64,000 bases of DNA from Takakia lepidozioides (Eukaryota > Plantae > Bryophyta): assembly GCA_030704615.1 (NCBI GenBank), contig CM060733.1, forward strand, positions 1,674,001 to 1,738,000, written 5' to 3'. Below, piece by piece: positions 1 through 12,120 of the stretch. Every line of letters begins with the position of its first letter. Position 1 is the first letter of the stretch. A program made the translations under genes and the position numbers. Below the pieces are notes generated by a model. That model saw only the letters and a list, made by a program, of their open reading frames with translations. It was not told the origin of the DNA and did not search any database.

Positions 1-3000
1 CGGTGCTCATCTTGAGCCTCGTCCCCATCTTCTTCCAAAGTGCCCTCCAAAATTTACTCGTAAACTTTGGATCGCGGTCCGAAACAATATCCTTCGGGAG
101 TCCATGATGCTTGAAGACGTGGGCAAAGTAAAGCCGCCCCGTCTCCTGTGTCGTTGCCGTCTCCTTGGTGGGGATGAAATGGCCCATTTTACTGAACCTA
201 TCCACCACCACCATGATTGCAATCGAATCCTTTTGACAGCGTCATAGCAGTCATGAAATCCATCGAGACACTTTCCCAAGACCCTCTGGAATCGGCAAGG
301 GTTGTAACAGTCCCGCTTGTTTTTTATACTCGCTCCGGTTTTGTTGGCATGTGGTGCATGTCTTGACATACTCATCGGCCTCCTCCCTCAGTTTGGGCCA
401 GAAATACTCTTTCTTCAAGAGTGTCGCGGTGCACTTGGCTCCGTCGTGGCCCGCAAGCGGACCATCATGGCATTCTCTTAAGAGATTATCTCTTATCCCT
501 CCCTTCGGCACGTAGAGACGCTTTTGCTTGTACCGGAGCAGTCCATTTTGCAGTGGAACTGCGATTTAACCCCATCCTCAAGTCCCGCATCACGGACTTC
601 GCCATCTCATCCTTCTGGTAAGCCTTCCGGATCTTCCTTTGGAGCGTTGTCTCGCCCCTGTACACCATCATGAGCTGCTGCTTTCTACTTAAAGCATCGG
701 CCACCACATTGTCTCGTCCCGGTTTGTACTGGATATCCACATCAAACAGAGCCAAAGTGTCTTGCCACCTAATTTGTTTTGGGGACAACTTAGGCTGCGT
801 GGCAAAATACTTCACAGTGACATTGTCCGTGAATACCTTCACCGGGTTGGAAGCAATAAAGTGGCGCCAAAGCTCAAGGCAATGCACCACTGCCTTCATT
901 TCTTTCTCGTCACTCCACTTCATTCAGTTTCTTACTTTCGTAAGCCACTGGACGTCCATCTTGCATGAGTACACCCCTAATGGCGAAGTCCGACGCATCT
1001 GTATGGATCTCAAATGGACGGTCGAACTCGGAATTTTATGACTGACTTTTTGACTGGAAGCTTCCGCCATCTGCTTTGCTTCAAACTCGGCAAAAGCTTG
1101 GCCACAAAGGTGTTCCATACCCAGACTTTGGATTTACACAGGAGGTCTGACAGCGGCCCCGCGATCTTGGCAAAATTTCTCACATACTTTTGATAATAGG
1201 AGGCAAGTCCTAGGAAGGATCGCAATCACGGGACCGAAGTCGGAGGCTCCTAGTCCAAGATCGCCCTCACCTTTCTGTCATCCATTTTGATCCCATCCTG
1301 TGTAATCACATGCCCCAAGAACTCCACTTTTGTGACCCGGAATTCGCACTTTGAAGCTTTGGCATACAGCTTCCCTTCCCCGCAATTTCTGGAACACCCT
1401 TTTGAGGTGCTCCAGGTGCTCTTCCTTTATTTTCGAGTACACCAGTATATCGTCGATGTATACGATCACAAAGTCATCCAACCACTCCTGGAAAAGGCTG
1501 TTCATTAGCGTGCTAAAGGTCGTGGATGCGTTGGTGAGCCCAAAAGCATCACCAAGAACTCATATGAACCATATCTTGTCCTGCACGTGGTCTTCTCCTC
1601 ATCTCCTTCCGCCACTTGGATCTGATGATACCCGGAGCGCAAATCGATCTGGCTGAAATACTTCGCTCCTGCCAACCGATCGAAGAGGTTGTCGATCCTT
1701 GGCAAAGGGTACCGGTTCTTGATAGTCACCTTATTCAGGGCCCTGTAATCGACACACATCCGCAGCGTCCCATCCTTCTTGTCTGCGAATAGCACCGGGG
1801 CTCCGTAAGGTAACTTACTCGGCCGGATATACCCCTTTGCCATTAGATCCTTGAGCTGAGACTTCAGCTCGACCAACTCTCTATGGCACAACCGGTAGGG
1901 CGCCTTGGCAGGCAGTTTCGATCCCGGCATCACCTCAATCTTGTGGTCAACTCTCCTTTGTGGTGGCAAGCCGCTTGGTAAATCCTTTGCCATCACATCC
2001 TGGTATTTCTCCAAAATCCCCTTGATCCAATCTGGGCTCGCCTCCCCATCGCCTTCTCCCTTCACTTGTCTTACACAAAGCAAAAACTGGGCTCGTGTGA
2101 CTCCTCAAGGCCCCACCCACTGCTGACAGAAGGTTTATTCGCCCTCACACGGGGTTGGGCGTTTCTGACACTCGTAAAACTTCGCCATCATTCCCACATG
2201 GTAGCGTGACTACTCTCTTGCGGCCATTTATGACCGCTTCGGATCTGCTCAAAAAGGTCATCCCCAAAATGAGATCCACTCCATCGATCTCGCAAATGGT
2301 GTGAGTTCTCGTCCCTCCAACTCCCAAGCTGAAGAGGAACATCGAACGCCAACCTCGTCTCCAATTGTGGTTCTCCTTTAGTAGAACGCACCTCAATAGA
2401 GGCCCCCACATCACTTGTCGGGAGTCCCAGCTTCCGTGTCGTTGCCGGTGTCATAAAGGAGTGCGACGCTAGCCTGTGTCCACCACAACGACACGTTAGT
2501 TCCGGAGATTTTCCCACTCACAACAATTAACTATTCCCTTTACGCAAGGCGCCAGTTTCTTGATACAACTCACAAGAGTAGTTGTCTACCTTGCAAGTCT
2601 TGGCGACCACCGCCTCCACTAAGCGGCTGATGGAAGCTTCGTACAACTCCGTGGTTGCCCGAGTCATGTTCAATTGTCTGGGATTCGTACACTTTTTGGC
2701 CATGTGCCCGGGCTCCCCACAATTGAAGCACACTACAGCGAAGGTTGCCTTTTGTCCGCCATAAGGCGTCGCACCCGCTTTTCTTTTCGGAGCACCGGGT
2801 GTTGTCTTGGCGTGTGAAGGCCCTCCCTTCGATTTCCACGTGCCATTGTTGCCGCGTGGCCTATCCCACTTCTTTTCCGGTCGAAAAGAGTCACCCTCCA
2901 CGGGTCTTCTTGTGGTTCAGCTCCGTACGGCCTTGTCTTTCGCCCCTAGGGACATCCGAGAAATATTCAGCCCTCTCAATTGCCTCGTTCAAAGTCTTAG

Positions 3001-3746
3001 GTGGCTTTTCCTCCAACTTCCGTTTGGCCCATAAGGCCAGTCCCGCCACAAAGTTGAAGACCATTTCTGGTTCTGCCATGTCCGCGACTTCGAGCTACAG
3101 CACATTGAAAGCCTAAACATATCCCCGAATGTCATCCGTTTGCTTCAGATTCCTCATCTTGTCCCGGGCGAGCCAAGACGCGTTGAGGGGCACAAACTGT
3201 CTCTTCATAAGTTCCTTGAACCCACTCCAGTTCAAGGTTTCCGGGTTTGGACCTCGGTCGTGAAGGCGTTTCTGCCACCATTGTTGAGCATAGCCCCTCA
3301 TAGGTGGGATCCTCTTCCACCCGATCCTCGTCACTCAACTTGGCCGCCCGGAAGTACTGCTCTAGCTCGAAGAGCCAGGTGTTGAGTGCCTTCCGATTTC
3401 AGACGCCCTCGAAGGTGCCGGGTTTCTTAGGCTTCACCTTAAACTTTGCCTTAGTGGAAGTGGCATTAGCCGCCTTCAACACGTCTTTCAACGTCCCACC
3501 AAACTGCGCCAACAACCTTTCCTTAAAGGCTGCTGGCATGGGAGGCATCTGTTGGTCTGTCGGAGCTTTCTGGAATTCCTCGGACTCCGACTCCTCAGAT
3601 TCCTCCCATTCTTGAGCGGCCTTGTTTTCAAAAGCATGCATCGCTTCTTCAAACGGCCGCTTCAGTGACACGTCGCCCCCATCGGGCTCACTAGGATCAT
3701 CGTCTTTCGGGCCGTTCCGCTTTCGCTTTGGCTTGCCTGACCCTAT
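1..3746 (-). pseudogene. gag-pol of copy A, frameshifted; start codon mutated to ATA
   Basis: ORF fragments 3399-3671, 3113-3334, 2527-2901, 1505-2083, 1278-1505, 486-923 and 251-511 are colinear with copies C and D. Confidence 0.9.
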
Positions 3747-3787
3747 GATGAGGCTGATCTCAAGGACGATCGCCTACTGAACTCTAA

Positions 3788-3799
3788 GCTCTGATACCA
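3788..3799 (-). promoter_or_regulatory. Primer binding site (tRNA-iMet), copy A
   Basis: TGGTATCAGAGC on the minus strand, 2 nt from the LTR end. Confidence 0.9.
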
Positions 3800-3801
3800 A
3801 G

Positions 3802-4518
3802 TGTCGCGCACCTAACTTCGGTAAGCTCCCCTTCAAGTCATAGTTACTCGCTTTGATGCGCGCGCCTAACTCCCAACCTGGCCGCCAGGCCAACTCAGAG
3901 CTTCGGCTGCTCACCGGGACATAACGGTCTCCCTTTCTTCCCCCAATAAACCCTCCACCAATTTGGGCCTAGTGCAAATTCCCTTTGGTAGATGGCAGTC
4001 CGGAATAGCTCCCCACTCTTGGTCGCTTCCGGCTTGCTCGCTCCCTCACTAGTTTTGGTCACCAACGGGCTTGCACCGTTCTCGGGGTAACTACTCCCTA
4101 TATATACTTCTGTGACTGTACGCGGGGGTTTCACAAACAACCCTGCCATTTTATGGCGAACCACCACGAAGACCCTCGACTCCCGATGATGAGTCGCGGT
4201 GAGTCTTGGCCCACCCACCACGGCCCCATTGGACTGTGATGAGTCCCAAGACTCTGTACAACTCCCACCACAGGTCTCTGCCCCATGGTGAGTCCTATGG
4301 CACCCCCACTAAGTCCCACTAAGCTACACCCACCCCTTGTGGAGCCACCCCCACCGCCGGTGTGCGGGGCTCCACCTAGTGAGCCCCTCCGCCTCCTTGA
4401 GTGCCTTGGGCACTCAAGGGTGCTTCAGCCCCCCGTACCTATTGCTGCCACCGCCCCCACCATAGGGGCAGCCCCTCTGCGTCCCGACCCCCTGCCCTCA
4501 AGTCAAAGGGCCGCGACA
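3802..4518 (-). repeat. 5' LTR of copy A
   Basis: TGTCGCG...CGCGACA termini; homologous to 6235-6958, 10507-11222, 16732-17450 and 22676-23399; internal TATATA box. Confidence 0.95.
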
Positions 4519-5489
4519 AAATACTTGTGTTTTACATTGTCATGCCAACTTGCATTTTACATTTCATTACTTGCTAGAAACAAACTCATCTAGAGTATCA
4601 CTACTGACGTCAGCGAGGGTGTATACATTCTGACCTCTATCATAAGTCCAATTTAATTTCTTTCTACAAATGAAGGGAAGGAAAATTATTATGTAGAAGT
4701 TAGGGTTACTGGATTCTGCTAAGGTAGTTTGGGGGGATAACATTATGTCATATCTTGTTGTGACTACACTCAGACCATGAACAAGATATCAAGGGTATTG
4801 TTGCACCACAACAATGCTGAAGTGTGGTCTGTTTGTAAATGAGAATTAACAAGGGACACACTCTGCTTCCAATGATGACAGCTGCAGGGAAGAACCATCT
4901 AGATATCTGTTTATGAAATTTTGCATTGGCATATAGCAAGGGATACACTGATAGTTGCATAGGAAGGCCAATTGTCAGAGAGAAAATAAACAAAATGGAA
5001 GGGGAGAACACCATGGCATATGCAATTACACATGTTCATCGTGGATCTAAGTAATCAAACAGCTTAACCCTAGCTTTGCCCACACTTTACAGTGTAGGGC
5101 AGGGTCATTCTCTGGTCAATGAACAATCAGCTAACTAACTACAAAGGGGTTTTTGCCCCTTTCTTCACACTACACATCCATACACTGCTTGACACGAGTC
5201 ATTCAAAAATACCTTCAGCCTATGAGTAATTCTAAATAAAATATAATTGGTCTTTAACCTCTACCCTATATTCATTTAAATGCTCCCGCCTATATTTCTC
5301 ATACCCTATATTACTTTGAAAAATGTTCTAATTTTTACTTGTAAAGAATAAATGGCACCCTATATATTTTTTTAAATTGCACGTTACGTGGTAATTTTTG
5401 AAAGTGGACCCCCCAAGGTGAAAAGATTAAAAGCAACTGCAACTGAAACGATGTATTCCTCAATTAAAAAACTTGCATCATGTAATTAT

Positions 5490-5925
5490 ACAAGCCTTAA
5501 ATATAACTTTCTACGGCAACATTATGAAGACATTAATCATGATCATAACCTTCAAATGTCTCACATCTTATGTCTTATAGAAACAAGAATACACCACTCA
5601 TCAACTAATGTGCACAAGTACATAAATTCATCAAAGTATTCATATGTTGTTTCAATCTATGACGGTCATGGGTTAATGATGATGTATAAGATACACATGA
5701 ACTTAAACTCTTCCAATACAACAACCAGTAATGGCTCGCAATTCATAGCAGACACATTCAATACCAATACATGAAAAGCAATACATATTGTATGTGTTTA
5801 TAGAGCTCATTCATATACAGTTTCTACGTTCCTAAACAAACTTAAAGCTCTAATTCAAAATTCGCCCAAACATCGTCCAATTATTATTTTGGGAGTTTTT
5901 AATGTTGAGATTTTGGAAGACAATA
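5490..5925 (+). pseudogene. EEP/APE-type endonuclease fragment of Helentron type
   Basis: QHYEDINHDHNLQMSHILCLIETRI...GHGLMMMY...IHIVCVYRAHS...PIIILGVFNVEIL, read through a stop at ~5772; matches the EEP motifs ILCLxET, VYR and IIxGDFN. Confidence 0.7.
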
Positions 5926-6234
5926 ACCATGCAAAAAACAAATAACAGGGTTGGACTCACAGGGTCCAAGGGGGTGTTGGCCTTGGATTTGGTAAGGGAG
6001 CTCTCCCTTATAGTAATTGCCATCCTTTTGGCTGGGCGGGTCGGCAGTTCATTGGTTGCTGCGTTTGGAGACCATGCAGAGAGGATATGTGCAAAGAAAG
6101 CGTGTGGTTTGGGCTCAAGCTGTTGAAATCATGGACACGGAAGATTTCATGATAAGGAGTTACATATGAGGCAATTCGAATACCATACAGGGGGCAAGGT
6201 TAGGCCAGCACGGCCGACACCGGCTGACACTTCG

Positions 6235-6958
6235 TGTCGCGGCCCTTTGCCTTAAGGGCAGGGGGTCGGGACGCAGAGGGGCTGCCCCTGTGGTGGGGGT
6301 GGTGGCAGCAATAGGTACGGGGGGCTGAAGCACCCTTGAGTGCCCAAGGCACTCAAGGAGGCGGAGGCGCTCACTAGGTGGTGCCCCGCACACCGGGTTG
6401 CGGTGGGGGTGGCTCCACAAGGGGTGGTGGTAGCTTAGTGGGACTTAGTGGGGGTGGCATAGGACTCACCATGGGGCAGAGACCTTGTGGTGGGAGTCGT
6501 ACGGAGTCTTGGGACTCATCACGGTCCAATGGGGCCGTGGTGGGTGGGCCAAGACTCACCGCAACTCATCACCGGAAGTTGAGGGTCTTCGTGGTGGTTC
6601 GCCATAAAATGGCAGGGTTGTTTGTGAAACCCCCGCGTACAGTCACAGAAGTATATATAGGGAGTAGTAACCCCGAGAACGGTGCAAGCCCGTTGGTGAC
6701 CAAAAACTAGTGAGTGAGCGAGCAAGCCGGAAAGCGACCAAGAGTGGGGAGCTATTCCGGACTGCCATCTACCAAAGGGAATTTCCACTAGGCCCAAATT
6801 GGTGGAGGGTCCAGTGGAAGAGTAAAGGGGGACCGTTATGTCCCAGTGAGCAGCCGAAGCTCTAAGTTGGCCTGGCGGCCAGGTTGGGAGTTAGGCGCGC
6901 GCATCAAAGCGAGTAACTATGACTTGAAGGGGAGCTTACCGAAGTGAGGTGCGCGACA
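6235..6958 (+). repeat. 5' LTR of copy B
   Basis: TGTCGCGG...GCGCGACA, immediately followed by the PBS. Confidence 0.95.
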
Positions 6959-7013
6959 CTTGGTATCAGAGCTTAGAGTTCAGTAGGAAATCGTCCTTGA
7001 GATCGGCCTCATC

Positions 7014-8540
7014 ATGGGGTCGGGCAAGCCAATGCGAAAGCGGAACGGCCCGAAAGATGATGATCCTGGTGAGCCCGATGGGGGCGACGTGGCACCGAAG
7101 CGGCAATTTGAGGAGGCAATTCATGCTTTTGAAAGCGAGACCGCTCAAGAACGGGAGGAATCTGGGGAGTCGGAGCCCGAGGACTCGCCGGAGGCTCCGG
7201 CAAACCAACATATGCCTCCCATGCCAGCAGCCTTTTGGGAAGGATTATTGGCCCAATTTGGCGGGACGTTGAAAAACGTGTTGAAGGCGGCTAATGCCAC
7301 TTCCACTAAGACAAAGTTTAAGGTGAAGCCTAAGGAACCCGACACCTTCGAGGGCGTCCGAAATCGGAAGGCACTCAATACCTGGCTCTTGGAGCTAAAG
7401 CAGTACTTCCAGGCGTCCAAGTTGAGTGACGAGGATCGGGTGGAAGTGGCTCCCACCTATTTGAGGGGCTATGCTCAACAATGGTGGCAGAAACGCCTTC
7501 ACGACCGAGGTCCAAACCCGGAAACCTTGAACTGGAGTGGGTTCAAGGAACTTATGAAGAGATAGTTTGTGCCCCTCAACGCGTCTTGGCTCGCACGGGA
7601 CAAGATGAGGAATTTGAAGCAAACGGATGACATTCAGGGATATGTTCAGGCTTTCAATGTGCTGTTGCTCGAAGTCGCGGACATGGCAGAACCAGAAATG
7701 GTCTTCAACTTTGTGATGGGACTGGCCCCATGGGCCAGGCGGAAGTTGGAGGAGAAGCCACCTAAGACTTTAAACGAGGCAATTGAGAGGGCTGAATGTT
7801 TCTCGGATGTCCCTAGGGGCAAAAGACAAGGCCGTACGGAGCTGAACCATAAAAAGGCCCGGCGGGACGGTGACTCCTTCCAACCGGAAAAGAAATGGGA
7901 TAGGCCACGCGGCGACAATGGCACATGGAAATCGAAGGGAGGGCCTTCACACGTCAAGGCGGCATCCGGTGCTCCAAAAGGAAAATCAGGTGCGGTGGCT
8001 TATGGCGGACAGAAGACAACCTTTGATGGAGTGTGCTTCAATTGCGGGGAGCCCGGGCACATGGCCAAGAAGTGCACGAAACCCCGACAATTGAACATGA
8101 CTCGGGCGGCCACGGAGCTGTCCGAAGATTCCATTAGCCGCTTGGTAGAGGCGGTGGTCACCAAGACTTGCAAGGTAGACAGCTACTCTTCTGAGTTGTA
8201 TCAGGAAACTGACGCCTTGCATAAAGGAAGTCAATTAATGTTCGTAAATGGGATAATTTCCGGAACTGATGTGTCGTTGTTGGTGGACACGGGAGCGTGG
8301 CACTCCTTCATAACACCGGCACGAAAGCTGGGGCTCCCGACAAGTGACGTGGGGGCCTCTATTGAGGTGCATTCTGCCAAAGGAGAACCACAATTGGCGA
8401 CGAGGTGGGCGTTCGATGTTCCTCGTCAGCTCGGGAGTTGGGAAGGACGTGAGAACTTCACCATTTGTGAAATCGATGGAGTGGATGTCATTTTGGGGAT
8501 GACCTTTTTGAGCAAATCCAGAGCGGTCATAGATGGCCAG
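7014..8540 (+). pseudogene. gag-protease of copy B
   Basis: ORFs 7014-7565 and 7569-8594 are split by a CAG>TAG change; CCHC knuckle and LLVDTGA protease motif. Confidence 0.9.
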
Positions 8541-9000
8541 AAAGAAGACATAACAAAATCCATAGGGAGGTACGACTTACAAATCGCAAGATAAAACCCT
8601 TGGATCCGCCGACGCCCCACTTGTGTGTGGATTCGTGCTTGTCAAGGCGGACTGTTGTTGCTTCGCGTGCACGGTCAAATTTGGTCTTTTTTGCGGCATC
8701 AGTCTCTCCCGCAATGAGTGCATCCCACGATACCTATCCCCCCCCCCCCCAACAATTAGTGAATTACACACATACGTTGCATCGAATCCACCTCATTAAT
8801 GCACATGCGACAAATGGAATGTGACATGATTCAGGATTTGCCAACCTGTGTAATTCCATAAGGTGGTTTGGGTATGTTAGAGGACTGTAGGGGACTTAGA
8901 CACTTATACGGGATTTGTAGGGTACCCTTAATTTTTGCATAGACTGAGACAAACAGGAACCTTAGGGGTGACAGCAGCGCACTGTAGAGGGGGGTTACAT

Positions 9001-9355
9001 AGCCCACACAGCCGACACAGCAGTCACAACCCACACAGCCGTCACAGCCCACACAGCCAACACAGCCCGTCACAGTCGTCACAGCCCACACAGCCGACAC
9101 AGCAGTCACAGCCCACACAGCCAACACAGCCCGTCACAGTCGTCACAGCCCACACAGCCGTCACAGCCCACACAGCCAACACAGCCCGTCACAGTCATCA
9201 CAGCCCACACAGCCGTCACAGTCGTCACAGCCCACACAGCCCACACAGCCCGTCACAGTCGTCACAGCAGACACAGCCCACACAGCCAGTCACAGCCCGG
9301 CACAGCCACACAGCCAGTCACAGCCCGACACAGCCAAACACAGCCAGTCACCGCT
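9001..9355. repeat. Degenerate minisatellite of CACAGCC/CACAGTC units
   Basis: About 350 bp of cacagcc-based units with higher-order ~60-bp reiterations. Confidence 0.9.
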
Positions 9356-9364
9356 TGACACAGC

Positions 9365-9860
9365 TGTCACGATAATAGGGAACGAAGAGTAGGACAGGGA
9401 ACGACTGTGGGGAACAACACCAGTGAAGGGAACATGTTAGTTCACATACGATGGTTAGAGAGGGAAACGGTTAGAACCGCGGATAGGAGGATAAAGGGAA
9501 GAACGGGGAATGATGAAGGGATCATTATTATCATTATTCGGGGAGGACTTCGGAGTCAGGCGGGAGCGGAAGTCGGTGAGCACGATGAAGGAGGAAAGAG
9601 GATTAGTAGATGCTTGTTATATGCAAAGCTGTAGGGATATTGTAGAGGAGAATAGAGACACAATGGCTTCGGCCTGATACCTGATAAATCATAATCTGAT
9701 ACTTATACGATACAATCACACTGTGTAGAGAGATCTGAGTGAAGCTGTGGATTGAATGGAGGAGTGAAGGAAACCGATAAATTGATGAAGCAAACTGATA
9801 CTTAATTATCAATGGTAAGGTAGCTAAGATGAATGCGGAAAAGGAAACAAATAGGAAACA
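9365..9860 (-). repeat. Possible 3' LTR of a different minus-strand LTR element
   Basis: Starts TGTCAC and ends AAACA, followed by CCCCC (a short PPT on the minus strand). Single copy, so unconfirmed. Confidence 0.3.
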
Positions 9861-9886
9861 CCCCCATGATACACTAGCTGTAGGTC

Positions 9887-10506
9887 ATGACTGATTGTTC
9901 TGCGCGGGCTGAGTACTTAGAGATTTCCAACTCTTCTATCTTGGAGTTTCCGCCTCGGATAGCGAAGGGATGGGTGAGTAAAAGCCGCGCGACATTTGGC
10001 GACCATACTGGGGACCTGGGACATGAACAACCAGATGTGACAGGCATCTGGTGGGATCATGGTGGTTGGACCATTAAAGAATTTGAAGTGAATCAAATTC
10101 CCTGTGGAACGAAGGAAGAAAGATTGTCCAAACAATTCTTTCAAAGGTTCTTGGAATTGCCAGACGGATGTAAAGAAAATATTCTTAAACGAGTGCATGA
10201 TGCTGATCCAGAGTGGGGTCTGGAGAAAGGAGTGATAAAGATTTATCAGGTAGCCTGTAGAGGAAGAGCACGTTGGTTACCAACATTAGTTTATGTGATA
10301 GCGTTGCTATCCATTAAACGAGTAGAGTTTGAAGGCTGGGAAGAAAGAAAGGTGAATGTTTATACTCATATGCATGAAGAGCTTGTACTGGTAAAGAATT
10401 GGATTCCAAAGGATATTTTGTGGATCAAACTCACACCAAGAACAGCTTTTCAGACTTGTTTGCCATATGGTTATATGGTAACGGAGACTTCAAGTATAGC
10501 CAAGGG
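9887..10506 (+). CDS. Unknown ORF (~207 codons) cut by the LTR of copy C
   Basis: ATG-initiated, stop-free, protein-like composition; the last codons of the 9887-10561 ORF are LTR-derived; no recognised motif. Confidence 0.4.
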
Positions 10507-11222
10507 TGTCGCACACCTCACTCCGGTAAGCTCCCCTTCAAGTCATAGTTACTCGCTTTGATGCGCGCGCCTGACTCCCAACCTGGCCGCCCGGCCAACT
10601 TGGAGCTTCGGCTGCTCACCCGGGACATAACGGTCCCCCTTCGCTTCCCTCTAAACCCTCCACCTATTTGGGACTAGGAGAATTCCCTTTGGTAGATGGC
10701 AGTCCGGAACAGCTCCCCACTCTTTGGTCGCTTTCCGGCTCGCTCGCTTACTCACTAGTTTTTGGTCACCAACGGGCTTGCACCGTTCTCGGTTACTACT
10801 CCCTATATATACTTCTGTAGCTGTCCGCGGGGGTTTCATAACCAGCCATGCCATTTTATGGCGAACCACCACGAAAACCCTCGACTCCCGGTGGTGAGTC
10901 GCGGTGAGTCTTGGCCCACTCACCCGGCCCCATGGACCGTGATGAGTCCCAAGACTCCCACGACTCCCACCACGAGGTCTCCGCCCCATGGTGAGTCCTA
11001 TGCCACCCCCACTAAGTCCCACTAAGCTACCACCACCCTTGTGGAGCCACCCCACCGCAACCCGGTGTGCGGGCTCCACCTAGTGAGCGCCTCCGCCTCC
11101 TTGAGTGCCTTGGGCACTCAAGGGTGCTTCAGCCCCCCATACCTATCGCGCCGCTGCCCCCACCACAGGGGCAGCCCTCATGTGTCCCGACCCCCCTGCC
11201 CTCAAGGCAAAGGGCCGCGACA
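10507..11222 (-). repeat. 3' LTR of copy C
   Basis: TGTCGC...CGCGACA; preceded on the element strand by GGTAGGGGTGTG. Confidence 0.95.
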
Positions 11223-12120
11223 CACACCCCTACCAACAGGGAGTCGATGTCCTCATCGACTTGTCCATTTTGTAGAAACGAACATCCAAGTTGTGGCGTC
11301 CCACATCAAGGAGTTTGTTTCCGTACCATGGCGTCCCATGGCAAAGAACCAAACCCCACACTTGACTCACTCTCCACTAGCTAGTTCGGCCGACTTCCTC
11401 CAAGTCCCGGCCAAGGGTGGCCTCTCCAGCTCCTCCCAGTGCACTCTTCTTGGCCTACTTCAAGGCCAAGGAACGATCCTCCCGAGGATCGAATCGCCTT
11501 ACTGCAACAACATTGCTTGCGATCGCTCATGATGCCGCTTTTGGCATCACCTTGAGCAAGGGTTCACCTGAAACCCTCTTTGACTAGGAAGATAACCTTG
11601 AACCAACCGTGCGCCCCAATCACTACAATTGGGTCCGCCTTGGAATGCTGGCCTGAGGTACGGGAACACGCCGAAGCCGCACTACGACTTCGTCCCGAGG
11701 CTACACGATTATAGTACGTGAACGGAAGCACGTAGCTTCCGCGTTAGCCCGCACTACAAGGCAACCCCCTCGGTAGCGCAGTTATAGTACGCGCACGCGC
11801 CAGGTGCGCACTAGCACGTGAACTCCCAAAGAAGGCAAGTTTCCTTGCCCCCTTGGATGGGAGTCACCCGATTTCGGCACTGCGCAAACACACGATTAAC
11901 CCAATTTACCTCTCCCACTTTTGTAAGCTAGCATGCATTCTACACACTAGCCAACCACACATGCATCACCATTCCAAACAAATAGGACGCACAATATTTG
12001 GAACCCATTTCCTTTATACAAATTTTTGTACAATACAAGTTTTTGCAATCGGATTCCTGAGCTAGCTAAACCGGGCTAAGCATGCATTTCCTCCCCCACG
12101 CTCCAAGGTTGATGTCCCCA

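Larger units (their letters stand above)
1..4518 (-). mobile_element. Ty3/gypsy chromovirus LTR retrotransposon, copy A (Galadriel-like), cut by the left window edge
   Basis: 5' LTR 3802-4518, PBS, and gag/CCHC/PR/RT/RH/INT fragments on the minus strand ([41 protein letters not shown]). Confidence 0.95.
6235..8540 (+). mobile_element. Chromovirus copy B, 3'-truncated (5' LTR, PBS, gag, protease)
   Basis: LTR 6235-6958, PBS TGGTATCAGAGC 6961-6972, ATG at 7014; similarity to copies C/D ends at ~8540. Confidence 0.93.

Noticed and set aside
4748-5014. Short hydrophobic ORF in the A/B spacer
   Set aside because: No recognisable motif or splice support.
9355-9372. ACAGCTGT palindrome after a tandem array, resembling the att-like site at 43189-43198
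   Set aside because: Adequately explained by a TGTCAC-starting element abutting a CACAGC repeat unit; no partner repeats to support a second split-LTR element.
8831-9375. His/Ser/Thr-rich ORFs
   Set aside because: Translation artefacts of the CACAGCC minisatellite.
11041-11532. Conserved antisense ORF in the chromovirus LTR/3' UTR (also 22513-22992 and 63721-63993)
   Set aside because: Recurrence follows from DNA homology between copies; starts, frames and lengths differ and no domain is recognisable.
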